A stretch of DNA of 64,000 nt from Auanema rhodensis. Its lineage: Eukaryota > Animalia > Nematoda. Shown here one piece after another: positions 1 through 12,496 of the stretch; the first letter of the stretch is position 1, and each line of letters starts with the position of its first letter. Where the stretch lies: positions 23,932,001 through 23,996,000 of the forward strand of contig OZ059894.1 in the NCBI GenBank assembly GCA_964057225.1, read 5' to 3'. The notes under the pieces were generated by a model. That model saw only the letters and a program-made list of their open reading frames with translations, made no database searches and had not been told where the DNA came from. The position numbers and the translations under genes are program-made.

Positions 1-176
1 TTTCAAAATTAGATTCCCCATGTCCATATTAGTCTAAAAACAAATTTTTATTGATATTGGTGCATGGTAACCATGACTTTGAAATTTACGTGAACTTTAA
101 TTTATGCTAATTAAATGTACACGTGATGTGCACTTGGTATGTAACTCGCTTCACGTGAAAGATAAAGAGATGCGGT
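1..176 (+). repeat. Representative 176-bp monomer (62G/98T type)
   Basis: First full unit, 57 G+C in 176 bp. The two common polymorphic sites are monomer position 62 (G/T) and 98 (T/C). There are five CpGs, at 89, 122, 147, 154 and 173. Confidence 0.98.
150..159. other. Perfect 10-bp palindrome TTCACGTGAA with a CACGTG (G-box/E-box) core, present in nearly every monomer
   Basis: Read directly from the sequence. A second CACGTG is at monomer positions 120-125. Protein binding is not demonstrated. Confidence 0.85.
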
Positions 177-237
177 TTTCAAAATTAGATTCCCCATGTC
201 CATATTAGTCTAAAAACAAATTTTTATTGATATTGGT

Positions 238-252
238 TCATGGTAACCATGA
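238..252. other. 15-bp dyad TCATGGT-A-ACCATGA (monomer positions 62-76), present in nearly every monomer; example shown in monomer 2
   Basis: The 7-bp arms are exact reverse complements in 62T monomers; 62G monomers have 6-bp arms. Confidence 0.9.
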
Positions 253-528
253 CTTTGAAATTTACGTGAACTTCAATTTATGCTAATTAAATGTACACGT
301 GATGTGCACTTGGTATGTAACTCGCTTCACGTGAAAGATAAAGAGATGCGGTTTTCAAAATTAGATTCCCCATGTCCATATTAGTCTAAAAACAAATTTT
401 TATTGATATTGGTGCATGGTAACCATGACTTTGAAATTTACGTGAACTTTAATTTATGCTAATTAAATGTACACGTGATGTGCACTTGGTATGTAACTCG
501 CTTCACGTGAAAGATAAAGAGATGCGGT

Positions 529-2816
529 TTTCAAAATTAGATTCCCCATGTCCATATTAGTCTAAAAACAACTTTTTATTGATATTGGTTCATGGTAACC
601 ATGACTTTGAAATTTACGTGAACTTCAATTTATGCTAATTAAATGTACACGTGATGTGCACTTGGTATGTAACTCGCTTCACGTGAAAGATAAAGAGATG
701 CGGTTTTCAAAATTAGATTCCCCATGTCCATATTAGTCTAAAAACAAATTTTTATTGATATTGGTTCATGGTAACCATGACTTTGAAATTTACATGAACT
801 TCAATTTATGCTAATCAAATGTACACGTGATGTGCACTTGGTATGTAACTCGCTTCACGTGAAAGATAAAGAGATGCGGTTTTCAAAATTAGATTCCCCA
901 TGTCCATATTAGTCTAAAAACAAATTTTTATTGATATTGGTGCATGGTAACCATGACTTTGAAATTTACGTGAACTTTAATTTATGCTAATTAAATGTAC
1001 ACGTGATGTGCACTTGGTATGTAACTCGCTTCACGTGAAAGATAAAGAGATGCGGTTTTCAAAATTAGATTCCCCATGTCCATATTAGTCTAAAAACAAA
1101 TTTTTATTGATATTGGTTCATGGTAACCATGACTTTGAAATTTACGTGAACTTCAATTTATGCTAATTAAATGTACACGTGATGTGCACTTGGTATGTAA
1201 CTCGCTTCACGTGAAAGATAAAGAGATGCGGTTTTCAAAATTAGATTCCCCATGTCCATATTAGTCTAAAAACAACTTTTTATTGATATTGGTTCATGGT
1301 AACCATGACTTTGAAATTTACGTGAACTTCAATTTATGCTAATTAAATGTACACGTGATGTGCACTTGGTATGTAACTCGCTTCACGTGAAAGATAAAGA
1401 GATGCGGTTTTCAAAATTAGATTCCCCATGTCCATATTAGTCTAAAAACAAATTTTTATTGATATTGGTTCATGGTAACCATGACTTTGAAATTTACATG
1501 AACTTCAATTTATGCTAATCAAATGTACACGTGATGTGCACTTGGTATGTAACTCGCTTCACGTGAAAGATAAAGAGATGCGGTTTTCAAAATTAGATTC
1601 CCCATGTCCATATTAGTCTAAAAACCAATTTTTATTGATATTGGTGCATGGTAACCATGACTTTGAAATTTACGTGAACTTTAATTTATGCTAATTAAAT
1701 GTACACGTGATGTGCACTTGGTATGTAACTCGCTTCACGTGAAAGATAAAGAGATGCGGTTTTCAAAATTAGATTCCCCATGTCCATATTAGTCTGAAAA
1801 CAACTTTTTATTGATATTGGTTCATGGTAACCATGACTTTGAAATTTACGTGAACTTCAATTTATGCTAATTAAATGTACACGTGATGTGCACTTGGTAT
1901 GTAACTCGCTTCACGTGAAAGATAAAGAGATGCGGTTTTCAAAATTAGATTCCCCATGTCCATATTAGTCTAAAAACAAATTTTTATTGATATTGGTTCA
2001 TGGTAACCATGACTTTGAAATTTACATGAACTTCAATTTATGCTAATCAAATGTACACGTGATGTGCACTTGGTATGTAACTCGCTTCACGTGAAAGATA
2101 AAGAGATGCGGTTTTCAAAATTAGATTCCCCATGTCCATATTAGTCTAAAAACAAATTTTTATTGATATTGGTGCATGGTAACCATGACTTTGAAATTTA
2201 CGTGAACTTTAATTTATGCTAATTAAATGTACACGTGATGTGCACTTGGTATGTAACTCGCTTCACGTGAAAGATAAAGAGATGCGGTTTTCAAAATTAG
2301 ATTCCCCATGTCCATATTAGTCTAAAAACAAATTTTTATTGATATTGGTTCATGGTAACCATGACTTTGAAATTTACGTGAACTTCAATTTATGCTAATT
2401 AAATGTACACGTGATGTGCACTTGGTATGTAACTCGCTTCACGTGAAAGATAAAGAGATGAGGTTTTCAAAATTAGATTCCCCATGTCCATATTAGTCTA
2501 AAAACAACTTTTTATTGATATTGGTTCATGGTAACCATGACTTTGAAATTTACGTGAACTTCAATTTATGCTAATTAAATGTACACGTGATGTGCACTTG
2601 GTATGTAACTCGCTTCACGTGAAAGATAAAAAGATGCGGTTTTCAAAATTAGATTCCCCATGTCCATATTAGTCTAAAAACAAATTTTTATTGATATTGG
2701 TTCATGGTAACCATGACTTTGAAATTTACATGAACTTCAATTTATGCTAATCAAATGTACACGTGATGTGCACTTGGTATGTAACTCGCTTCACGTGAAA
2801 GATAAAGAGATGCGGT
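529..2816. repeat. Short higher-order repeat, period 3-4 monomers
   Basis: A 44C monomer (CAACTTTT) followed by a 90A+112C monomer (TACATG...AATCAA) recurs at monomers 4-5, 8-9, 11-12 and 15-16, giving spacings of 4, 3 and 4. Confidence 0.85.
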
Positions 2817-5800
2817 TTTCAAAATTAGATTCCCCATGTCCATATTAGTCTAAAAACAAATTTTTATTGATATTGGTGCATGGTAACCATGACTTTGAAA
2901 TTTACGTGAACTTTAATTTATGCTAATTAAATGTACACGTGATGTGCACTTGGTATGTAACTCGCTTCACGTGAAAGATAAAGAGATGCGGTTTTTAAAA
3001 TTAGATTCCTCATGTCCATATTAGTCTAAAAACAAATTTTTATTGATATTGGTTCATGGTAACCATGACTTTGAAATTTACGTGAACTTTAATTTATGCT
3101 AATTAAATGTACACGTGATGTGCACTTGGTATGTAACTCGCTTCACGTGAAAGATAAAGAGATGCGGTTTTCAAAATTAGATTCCCCATGTCCATATTAG
3201 TCTAAAAACAAATTTTTATTGATATTGGTGCATGGTAACCATGACTTTGAAATTTACGTGAACTTTAATTTATGCTAATTAAATGTACACGTGATGTGCA
3301 CTTGGTATGTAACTCGCTTCACGTGAAAGATAAAGAGATGCGGTTTTCAAAATTAGATTCCCCATGTCCATATTAGTCTAAAAACAAATTTTTATTGATA
3401 TTGGTTCATGGTGACCATGACTTTGAAATTTACGTGAACTTCAATTTATGCTAATTAAATGTACACGTGATGTGCACTTGGTATGTAACTCGCTTCACGT
3501 GAAAGATAAAGAGATGCGGTTTTCAAAATTAGATTCCCCATGTCCATATTAGTCTAAAAACAAATTTTTATTGATATTGGTTCATGGTAACCATGACTTT
3601 GAAATTTACGTGAACTTTAATTTATGCTAATTAAATGTACACGTGATGTGCACTTGGTATGTAACTCGCTTCACGTGAAAGATAAAGAGATGCGGTTTTC
3701 AAAATTAGATTCCCCATTTCCATATTAGTCTAAAAACAAATTTTTCTTGATATTGGTTCATGGTAACCATGACTTTGAAATTTACATGAACTTCAATTTA
3801 TGCTAATCAAATGTACACGTGATGTGCACTTGGTATGTAACTCGCTTCACGTGAAAGATAAAGAGATGCGGTTTTCAAAATTAGATTCCCCATGTCCATA
3901 TTAGTCTAAAAACAAATTTTTATTGATATTGGTGCATGGTAACCATGACTTTGAAATTTACGTGAACTTTAATTTATGCTAATTAAATGTACACGTGATG
4001 TGCACTTGGTATGTAACTCGCTTCGCGTGAAAGATAAAGAGATGCGGTTTTTAAAATTAGATTCCCCATGTCCATATTAGTCTAAAAACAAATTTTTATT
4101 GATATTGGTTCATGGTAACCATGACTTTGAAATTTACGTGAACTTTAATTTATGCTAATTAAATGTACACGTGATGTGCACTTGGTATGTAACTCGCTTC
4201 ACGTGAAAGATAAAGAGATGCGGTTTTCAAAATTAGATTCCCCATGTCCATATTAGTCTAAAAACAAATTTTTATTGATATTGGTGCATGGTAACCATGA
4301 CTTTGAAATTTACGTGAACTTTAATTTATGCTAATTAAATGTACACGTGATGTGCACTTGGTATGTAACTCGCTTCACGTGAAAGATAAAGAGATGCGGT
4401 TTTCAAAATTAGATTCCCCATGTCCATATTAGTCTAAAAACAAATTTTTATTGATATTGGTTCATGGTGACCATGACTTTGAAATTTACGTGAACTTCAA
4501 TTTATGCTAATTAAATGTACACGTGATGTGCACTTGGTATGTAACTCGCTTCACGTGAAAGATAAAGAGATGCGGTTTTCAAAATTAGATTCCCCATGTC
4601 CATATTAGTCTAAAAACAAATTTTTATTGATATTGGTGCATGGTAACCATGACTTTGAAATTTACGTGAACTTTAATTTATGCTAATTAAATGTACACGT
4701 GATGTGCACTTGGTATGTAACTCGCTTCACGTGAAAGATAAAGAGATGCGGTTTTCAAAATTAGATTCCCCATGTCCATATTAGTCTAAAAACAAATTTT
4801 TATTGATATTGGTTCATGGTAACCATGACTTTGAAATTTACGTGAACTTTAATTTATGCTAATTAAATGTACACGTGATGTGCACTTGGTATGTAACTCG
4901 CTTCACGTGAAAGATAAAGAGATGCGGTTTTCAAAATTAGATTCCCCATGTCCATATTAGTCTAAAAACAAATTTTTATTGATATTGGTTCATGGTAACC
5001 ATGACTTTGAAATTTACGTGAACTTTAATTTATGCTAATTAAATGTACACGTGATGTGCACTTGGTATGTAACTCGCTTCACGTGAAAGATAAAGAGATG
5101 CGGTTTTCAAAATTAGATTCCCCATGTCCATATTAGTCTAAAAACAAATTTTTATTGATATTGGTTCATGGTAACCATGACTTTGAAATTTACGTGAACT
5201 TTAATTTATGCTAATTAAATGTACACGTGATGTGCACTTGGTATGTAACTCGCTTCACGTGAAAGATAAAGAGATGCGGTTTTCAAAATTAGATTCCCCA
5301 TGTCCATATTAGTCTAAAAACAAATTTTTATTGATATTGGTGCATGGTAACCATGACTTTGAAATTTACGTGAACTTTAATTTATGCTAATTAAATGTAC
5401 ACGTGATGTGCCCTTGGTATGTAACTCGCTTCACGTGAAAGATAAAGAGATGCGGTTTTCAAAATTAGATTCCCCATGTCCATATTAGTCTAAAAACAAA
5501 TTTTTATTGATATTGGTGCATGGTAACCATGACTTTGAAATTTACGTGAACTTCAATTTATGCTAATTAAATGTACACGTGATGTGCACTTGGTATGTAA
5601 CTCGCTTCACGTGAAAGATAAAGAGATGCGGTTTTCAAAATTAGATTCCCCATGTCCATATTAGTCTAAAAACAAATTTTTATTGATATTGGTGCATGGT
5701 AACCATGACTTTGAAATTTACGTGAACTTTAATTTATGCTAATTAAATGTACACGTGATGTGCACTTGGTATGTAACTCGCTTCACGTGAAAGATAAAGA

Positions 5801-7216
5801 GATGCGGTTTTCAAAATTAGATTCCCCATGTCCATATTAGTCTGAAAACAAATTTTTATTGATATTGGTTCATGGTGACCATGACTTTGAAATTTACGTG
5901 AACTTCAATTTATGCTAATTAAATGTACACGTGATGTGCACTTGGTATGTAACTCGCTTCACGTGAAAGATAAAGAGATGCGGTTTTCAAAATTAGATTC
6001 CCCATGTCCATATTAGTCTAAAAACAAATTTTTATTGATATTGGTGCATGGTAACCATGACTTTGAAATTTACGTGAACTTTAATTTATGCTAATTAAAT
6101 GTACACGTGATGTGCACTTGGTATGTAACTCGCTTCACGTGAAAGATAAAGAGATGCGGTTTTCAAAATTAGATTCCCCATGTCCATATTAGTCTAAAAA
6201 CAAATTTTTATTGATATTGGTTCATGGTAACCATGACTTTGAAATTTACGTGAACTTTAATTTATGCTAATTAAATGTACACGTGATGTGCACTTGGTAT
6301 GTAACTCGCTTCACGTGAAAGATAAAGAGATGCGGTTTTCAAAATTAGATTCCCCATGTCCATATTAGTCTAAAAACAAATTTTTATTGATATTGGTTCA
6401 TGGTAACCATGACTTTGAAATTTACGTGAACTTTAATTTATGCTAATTAAATGTACACGTGATGTGCACTTGGTATGTAACTCGCTTCACGTGAAAGATA
6501 AAGAGATGCGGTTTTCAAAATTAGATTCCCCATGTCCATATTAGTCTAAAAACAAATTTTTATTGATATTGGTTCATGGTAACCATGACTTTGAAATTTA
6601 CGTGAACTTTAATTTATGCTAATTAAATGTACACGTGATGTGCACTTGGTATGTAACTCGCTTCACGTGAAAGATAAAGAGATGCGGTTTTCAAAATTAG
6701 ATTCCCCATGTCCATATTAGTCTAAAAACAAATTTTTATTGATATTGGTGCATGGTAACCATGACTTTGAAATTTACGTGAACTTTAATTTATGCTAATT
6801 AAATGTACACGTGATGTGCACTTGGTATGTAACTCGCTTCACGTGAAAGATAAAGAGATGCGGTTTTCAAAATTAGATTCCCCATGTCCATATTAGTCTA
6901 AAAACAAATTTTTATTGATATTGGTTCATGGTAACCATGACTTTGAAATTTACGTGAACTTTAATTTATGCTAATTAAATGTACACGTGATGTGCACTTG
7001 GTATGTAACTCGCTTCACGTGAAAGATAAAGAGATGCGGTTTTCAAAATTAGATTCCCCATGTCCATATTAGTCTAAAAACAAATTTTTATTGATATTGG
7101 TTCATGGTAACCATGACTTTGAAATTTACGTGAACTTTAATTTATGCTAATTAAATGTACACGTGATGTGCACTTGGTATGTAACTCGCTTCACGTGAAA
7201 GATAAAGAGATGCGGT

Positions 7217-10200
7217 TTTCAAAATTAGATTCCCCATGTCCATATTAGTCTAAAAACAAATTTTTATTGATATTGGTGCATGGTAACCATGACTTTGAAA
7301 TTTACGTGAACTTTAATTTATGCTAATTAAATGTACACGTGATGTGCCCTTGGTATGTAACTCGCTTCACGTGAAAGATAAAGAGATGCGGTTTTCAAAA
7401 TTAGATTCCCCATGTCCATATTAGTCTAAAAACAAATTTTTATTGATATTGGTGCATGGTAACCATGACTTTGAAATTTACGTGAACTTTAATTTATGCT
7501 AATTAAATGTAGACGTGATGTGCACTTGGTATGTAACTCGCTTCACGTGAAAGATAAAAAGATGCGGTTTTCAAAATTAGATTCCCCATGTCCATATTAG
7601 TCTAAAAACAAATTTTTATTGATATTGGTGCATGGTAACCATGACTTTGAAATTTACGTGAACTTTAATTTATGCTAATTAAATGTACACGTGATGTGCA
7701 CTTGGTATGTAACTCGCTTCACGTGAAAGATAAAAAGATGCGGTTTTCAAAATTAAATTTCCCATGTCCATATTAGTCTAAAAACAAATTTTTATTGATA
7801 TTGGTGCATGGTAACCATGACTTTGAAATTTACGTGAACTTTAATTTATGCTAATTAAATGTACACGTGATGTGCACTTGGTATGTAACTCGCTTCACGT
7901 GAAAGATAAAGAGATGCGGTTTTCAAAATTAGATTCCCCATGTCCATATTAGTCTAAAAACAAATTTTTATTGATATTGGTTCATGGTAACCATGACTTT
8001 GAATTTTACGTGAACTTTAATTTATGCTAATTAAATGTACACGTGATGTGCACTTGGTATGTAACTCGCTTCACGTGAAAGATAAAGAGATGCGGTTTTC
8101 AAAATTAGATTCCCCATGTCCATATTAGTCTAAAAACAAATTTTTATTGATATTGGTGCATGGTAACCATGACTTTGAAATTTACGTGAACTTTAATTTA
8201 TGCTAATTAAATGTACACGTGATGTGCACTTGGTATGTAACTCGCTTCACGTGAAAGATAAAGAGATACGGTTTTCAAAATTAGATTCCCCATGTCCATA
8301 TTAGTCTAAAAACAAATTTTTATTGATATTGGTGCATGGTAACCATGACTTTGAAATTTACGTGAACTTTAATTTATGCTAATTAAATGTACACGTGATG
8401 TGCACTTGGTATGTAACTCGCTTCACGTGAAAGATAAAGAGATGCGGTTTTCAAAATTAGATTCCCCATGTCCATATTAGTCTAAAAACAAATTTTTATT
8501 GATATTGGTTCATGGTAACCATGACTTTGAAATTTACGTGAACTTTAATTTATGCTAATTAAATGTACACGTGATGTGCACTTGGTATGTAACTCGCTTC
8601 ACGTGTAAGATAAAGAGATGCGGTTTTCAAAATTAGATTCCCCATGTCCATATTAGTCTAAAAACAAATTTTTATTGATATTGGTGCATGGTAACCATGA
8701 CTTTGAAATTTACGTGAACTTTAATTTATGCTAATTAAATGTACACGTGATGTGCACTTGGTATGTAACTCGCTTCACGTGAAAGATAAAGAGATGCGGT
8801 TTTCAAAATTAGATTCCCCATGTCCATATTAGTCTAAAAACAAATTTTTATTGATATTGGTTCATGGTAACCATGACTTTGAAATTTACGTGAACTTTAA
8901 TTTATGCTAATTAAATGTACACGTGATGTGCACTTGGTATGTAACTCGCTTCACGTGAAAGATAAAGAGATGCGGTTTTCAAAATTAGATTCCCCATGTC
9001 CATATTAGTCTAAAAACAAATTTTTATTGATATTGGTTCATGGTAACCATGACTTTGAAATTTACGTGAACTTCAATTTATGCTAATTAAATGTACACGT
9101 GATGTGCACTTGGTATGTAACTCGCTTCATGTGAAAGATAAAGAGATGCGGTTTTCAAAATTAGATTCCCCATGTCCATATTAGTTTAAAAACAAATTTT
9201 TATTGATATTGGTTCATGGTAACCATGACTTTGAAATTTACGTGAACTTCAATTTATGCTAATTAAATGTACACGTGATGTGCACTTGGTATGTAACTCG
9301 CTTCACGTGAAAGATAAAGAGATGCGGTTTTCAAAATTAGATTCCCCATGTCCATATTAGTCTAAAAACAACTTTTTATTGATATTGGTTCATGGTAACC
9401 ATGACTTTGAAATTTACGTGAACTTCAATTTATGCTAATTAAATGTACACGTGATGTGCACTTGGTATGTAACTCGCTTCACGTGAAAGATAAAGAGATG
9501 CGGTTTTCAAAATTAGATTCCCCATGTCCATATTAGTCTAAAAACAAATTTTTATTGATATTGGTTCATGGTAACCATGACTTTGAAATTTACGTGAACT
9601 TCAATTTATGCTAATTAAATGTACACGTGATGTGCACTTGGTATGTAACTCGCTTCACGTGAAAGATAAAGAGATGCGGTTTTCAAAATTAGATTCCCCA
9701 TGTCCATATTAGTCTAAAAACAAATTTTTATTGATATTGGTTCATGGTAACCATGACTTTGAAATTTACGTGAACTTTAATTTATGCTAATTAAATGTAC
9801 ACGTGATGTGCACTTGGTATGTAACTCGCTTCACGTGAAAGATAAAGAGATGCGGTTTTCAAAATTAGATTCCCCATGTCCATATTAGTCTAAAAACAAA
9901 TTTTTATTGATATTGGTTCATGGTAACCATGACTTTGAAATTTACGTGAACTTTAATTTATGCTAATTAAATGTACACGTGATGTGCACTTGGTATGTAA
10001 CTCGCTTCACGTGAAAGATAAAGAGATGCGGTTTTCAAAATTAGATTCCCCATGTCCATATTAGTCTAAAAACAAATTTTTATTGATATTGGTGCATGGT
10101 AACCATGACTTTGAAATTTACGTGAACTTTAATTTATGCTAATTAAATGTACACGTGATGTGCCCTTGGTATGTAACTCGCTTCACGTGAAAGATAAAGA

Positions 10201-12496
10201 GATGCGGTTTTCAAAATTAGATTCCCCATGTCCATATTAGTCTAAAAACAAATTTTTATTGATATTGGTGCATGGTAACCATGACTTTGAAATTTACGTG
10301 AACTTTAATTTATGCTAATTAAATGTACACGTGATGTGCACTTGGTATGTAACTCGCTTCACGTGAAAGATAAAAAGATGCGGTTTTCAAAATTAGATTC
10401 CCCATGTCCATATTAGTCTAAAAACAAATTTTTATTGATATTGGTGCATGGTAACCATGACTTTGAAATTTACGTGAACTTTAATTTATGCTAATTAAAT
10501 GTACACGTGATGTGCACTTGGTATGTAACTCGTTTCACGTGAAAGATAAAAAGATGCGGTTTTCAAAATTAAATTTCCCATGTCCATATTAGTCTAAAAA
10601 CAAATTTTTATTGATATTGGTGCATGGTAACCATGACTTTGAAATTTACGTGAACTTTAATTTATGCTAATTAAATGTACACGTGATGTGCACTTGGTAT
10701 GTAACTCGCTTCACGTGAAAGATAAAGAGATGCGGTTTTCAAAATTAGATTCCCCATGTCCATATTAGTCTAAAAACAAATTTTTATTGATATTGGTTCA
10801 TGGTAACCATGACTTTGAAATTTACGTGAACTTTAATTTATGCTAATTAAATGTACACGTGATGTGCACTTGGTATGTAACTCGCTTCACGTGAAAGATA
10901 AAGAGATGCGGTTTTCAAAATTAAATTCCCCATGTCCATATTAGTCTAAAAACAAATTTTTATTGATATTGGTGCATGGTAACCATGACTTTGAAATTTA
11001 CGTGAACTTTAATTTATGCTAATTAAATGTACACGTGATGTGCACTTGGTATGTAACTCGCTTCACGTGAAAGATAAAGAGATGCGGTTTTCAAAATTAG
11101 ATTCCCCATGTCCATATTAGTCTAAAAACAAATTTTTATTGATATTGGTGCATGGTAACCATGACTTTGAAATTTACGTGAACTTTAATTTATGCTAATT
11201 AAATGTACACGTGATGTGCACTTGGTATGTAACTCGCTTCACGTGAAAGATAAAGAGATACGGTTTTCAAAATTAGATTCCCCATGTCCATATTAGTCTA
11301 AAAACAAATTTTTATTGATATTGGTGCATGGTAACCATGACTTTGAAATTTACGTGAACTTTAATTTATGCTAATTAAATGTACACGTGATGTGCACTTG
11401 GTATGTAACTCGCTTCACGTGAAAGATAAAGAGATGCGGTTTTCAAAATTAGATTTCCCATGTCCATATTAGTCTAAAAACAAATTTTTATTGATATTGG
11501 TTCATGGTAACCATGACTTTGAAATTTACGTGAACTTTAATTTATGCTAATTAAATGTACACGTGATGTGCACTTGGTATGTAACTCGCTTCACGTGTAA
11601 GATAAAGAGATGCGGTTTTCAAAATTAGATTCCCCATGTCCATATTAGTCTAAAAACAAATTTTTATTGATATTGGTGCATGGTAACCATGACTTTGAAA
11701 TTTACGTGAACTTTAATTTATGCTAATTAAATGTACACGTGATGTGCACTTGGTATGTAACTCGCTTCACGTGAAAGATAAAGAGATGCGGTTTTCAAAA
11801 TTAGATTCCCCATGTCCATATTAGTCTAAAAACAAATTTTTATTGATATTGGTTCATGGTAACCATGACTTTGAAATTTACGTGAACTTTAATTTATGCT
11901 AATTAAATGTACACGTGATGTGCACTTGGTATGTAACTCGCTTCACGTGAAAGATAAAGAGATGCGGTTTTCAAAATTAGATTCCCCATGTCCATATTAG
12001 TCTAAAAACAAATTTTTATTGATATTGGTTCATGGTAACCATGACTTTGAAATTTACGTGAACTTCAATTTATGCTAATTAAATGTACACGTGATGTGCA
12101 CTTGGTATGTAACTCGCTTCATGTGAAAGATAAAGAGATGCGGTTTTCAAAATTAGATTCCCCATGTCCATATTAGTTTAAAAACAAATTTTTATTGATA
12201 TTGGTTCATGGTAACCATGACTTTGAAATTTACGTGAACTTCAATTTATGCTAATTAAATGTACACGTGATGTGCACTTGGTATGTAACTCGCTTCACGT
12301 GAAAGATAAAGAGATGCGGTTTTCAAAATTAGATTCCCCATGTCCATATTAGTCTAAAAACAACTTTTTATTGATATTGGTTCATGGTAACCATGACTTT
12401 GAAATTTACGTGAACTTCAATTTATGCTAATTAAATGTACACGTGATGTGCACTTGGTATGTAACTCGCTTCACGTGAAAGATAAAGAGATGCGGT
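7217..12496. repeat. Tandem block duplication with an offset of 16-17 monomers
   Basis: Rare variants pair at 7348/10164 and 7756/10572 (offset 2816 = 16 x 176), and at 8268/11260, 8606/11598 and 9130/12122 (offset 2992 = 17 x 176). Boundaries are approximate. Confidence 0.85.

Noticed and set aside
58-71. RFX X-box-like motif (CATGGTAAC)
   Set aside because: Only one half-site matches, and the upstream GTT(G/A)C half is missing.
145-161. CENP-B box
   Set aside because: CTCGCTTCACGTGAAAG does not match the TTCG-N4-A-N2-CGGG core, and there is no CGGG or CCCG in the consensus.
1-176. Identity with other known 176-178 bp satellites (Brassica CentBr, Arabidopsis CEN178, honeybee AluI)
   Set aside because: Only the length matches. 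The consensus has no HindIII (AAGCTT) or AluI (AGCT) site, and I recognise no sequence similarity. A database search is needed.
1-176. Tandem 5S rRNA, tRNA, snRNA or spliced-leader RNA gene, or telomeric repeat
   Set aside because: I found no recognisable Pol III A/B/C boxes, cloverleaf or conserved RNA sequence, and no TTAGG or TTAGGG-type repeats. An Rfam search would confirm this.
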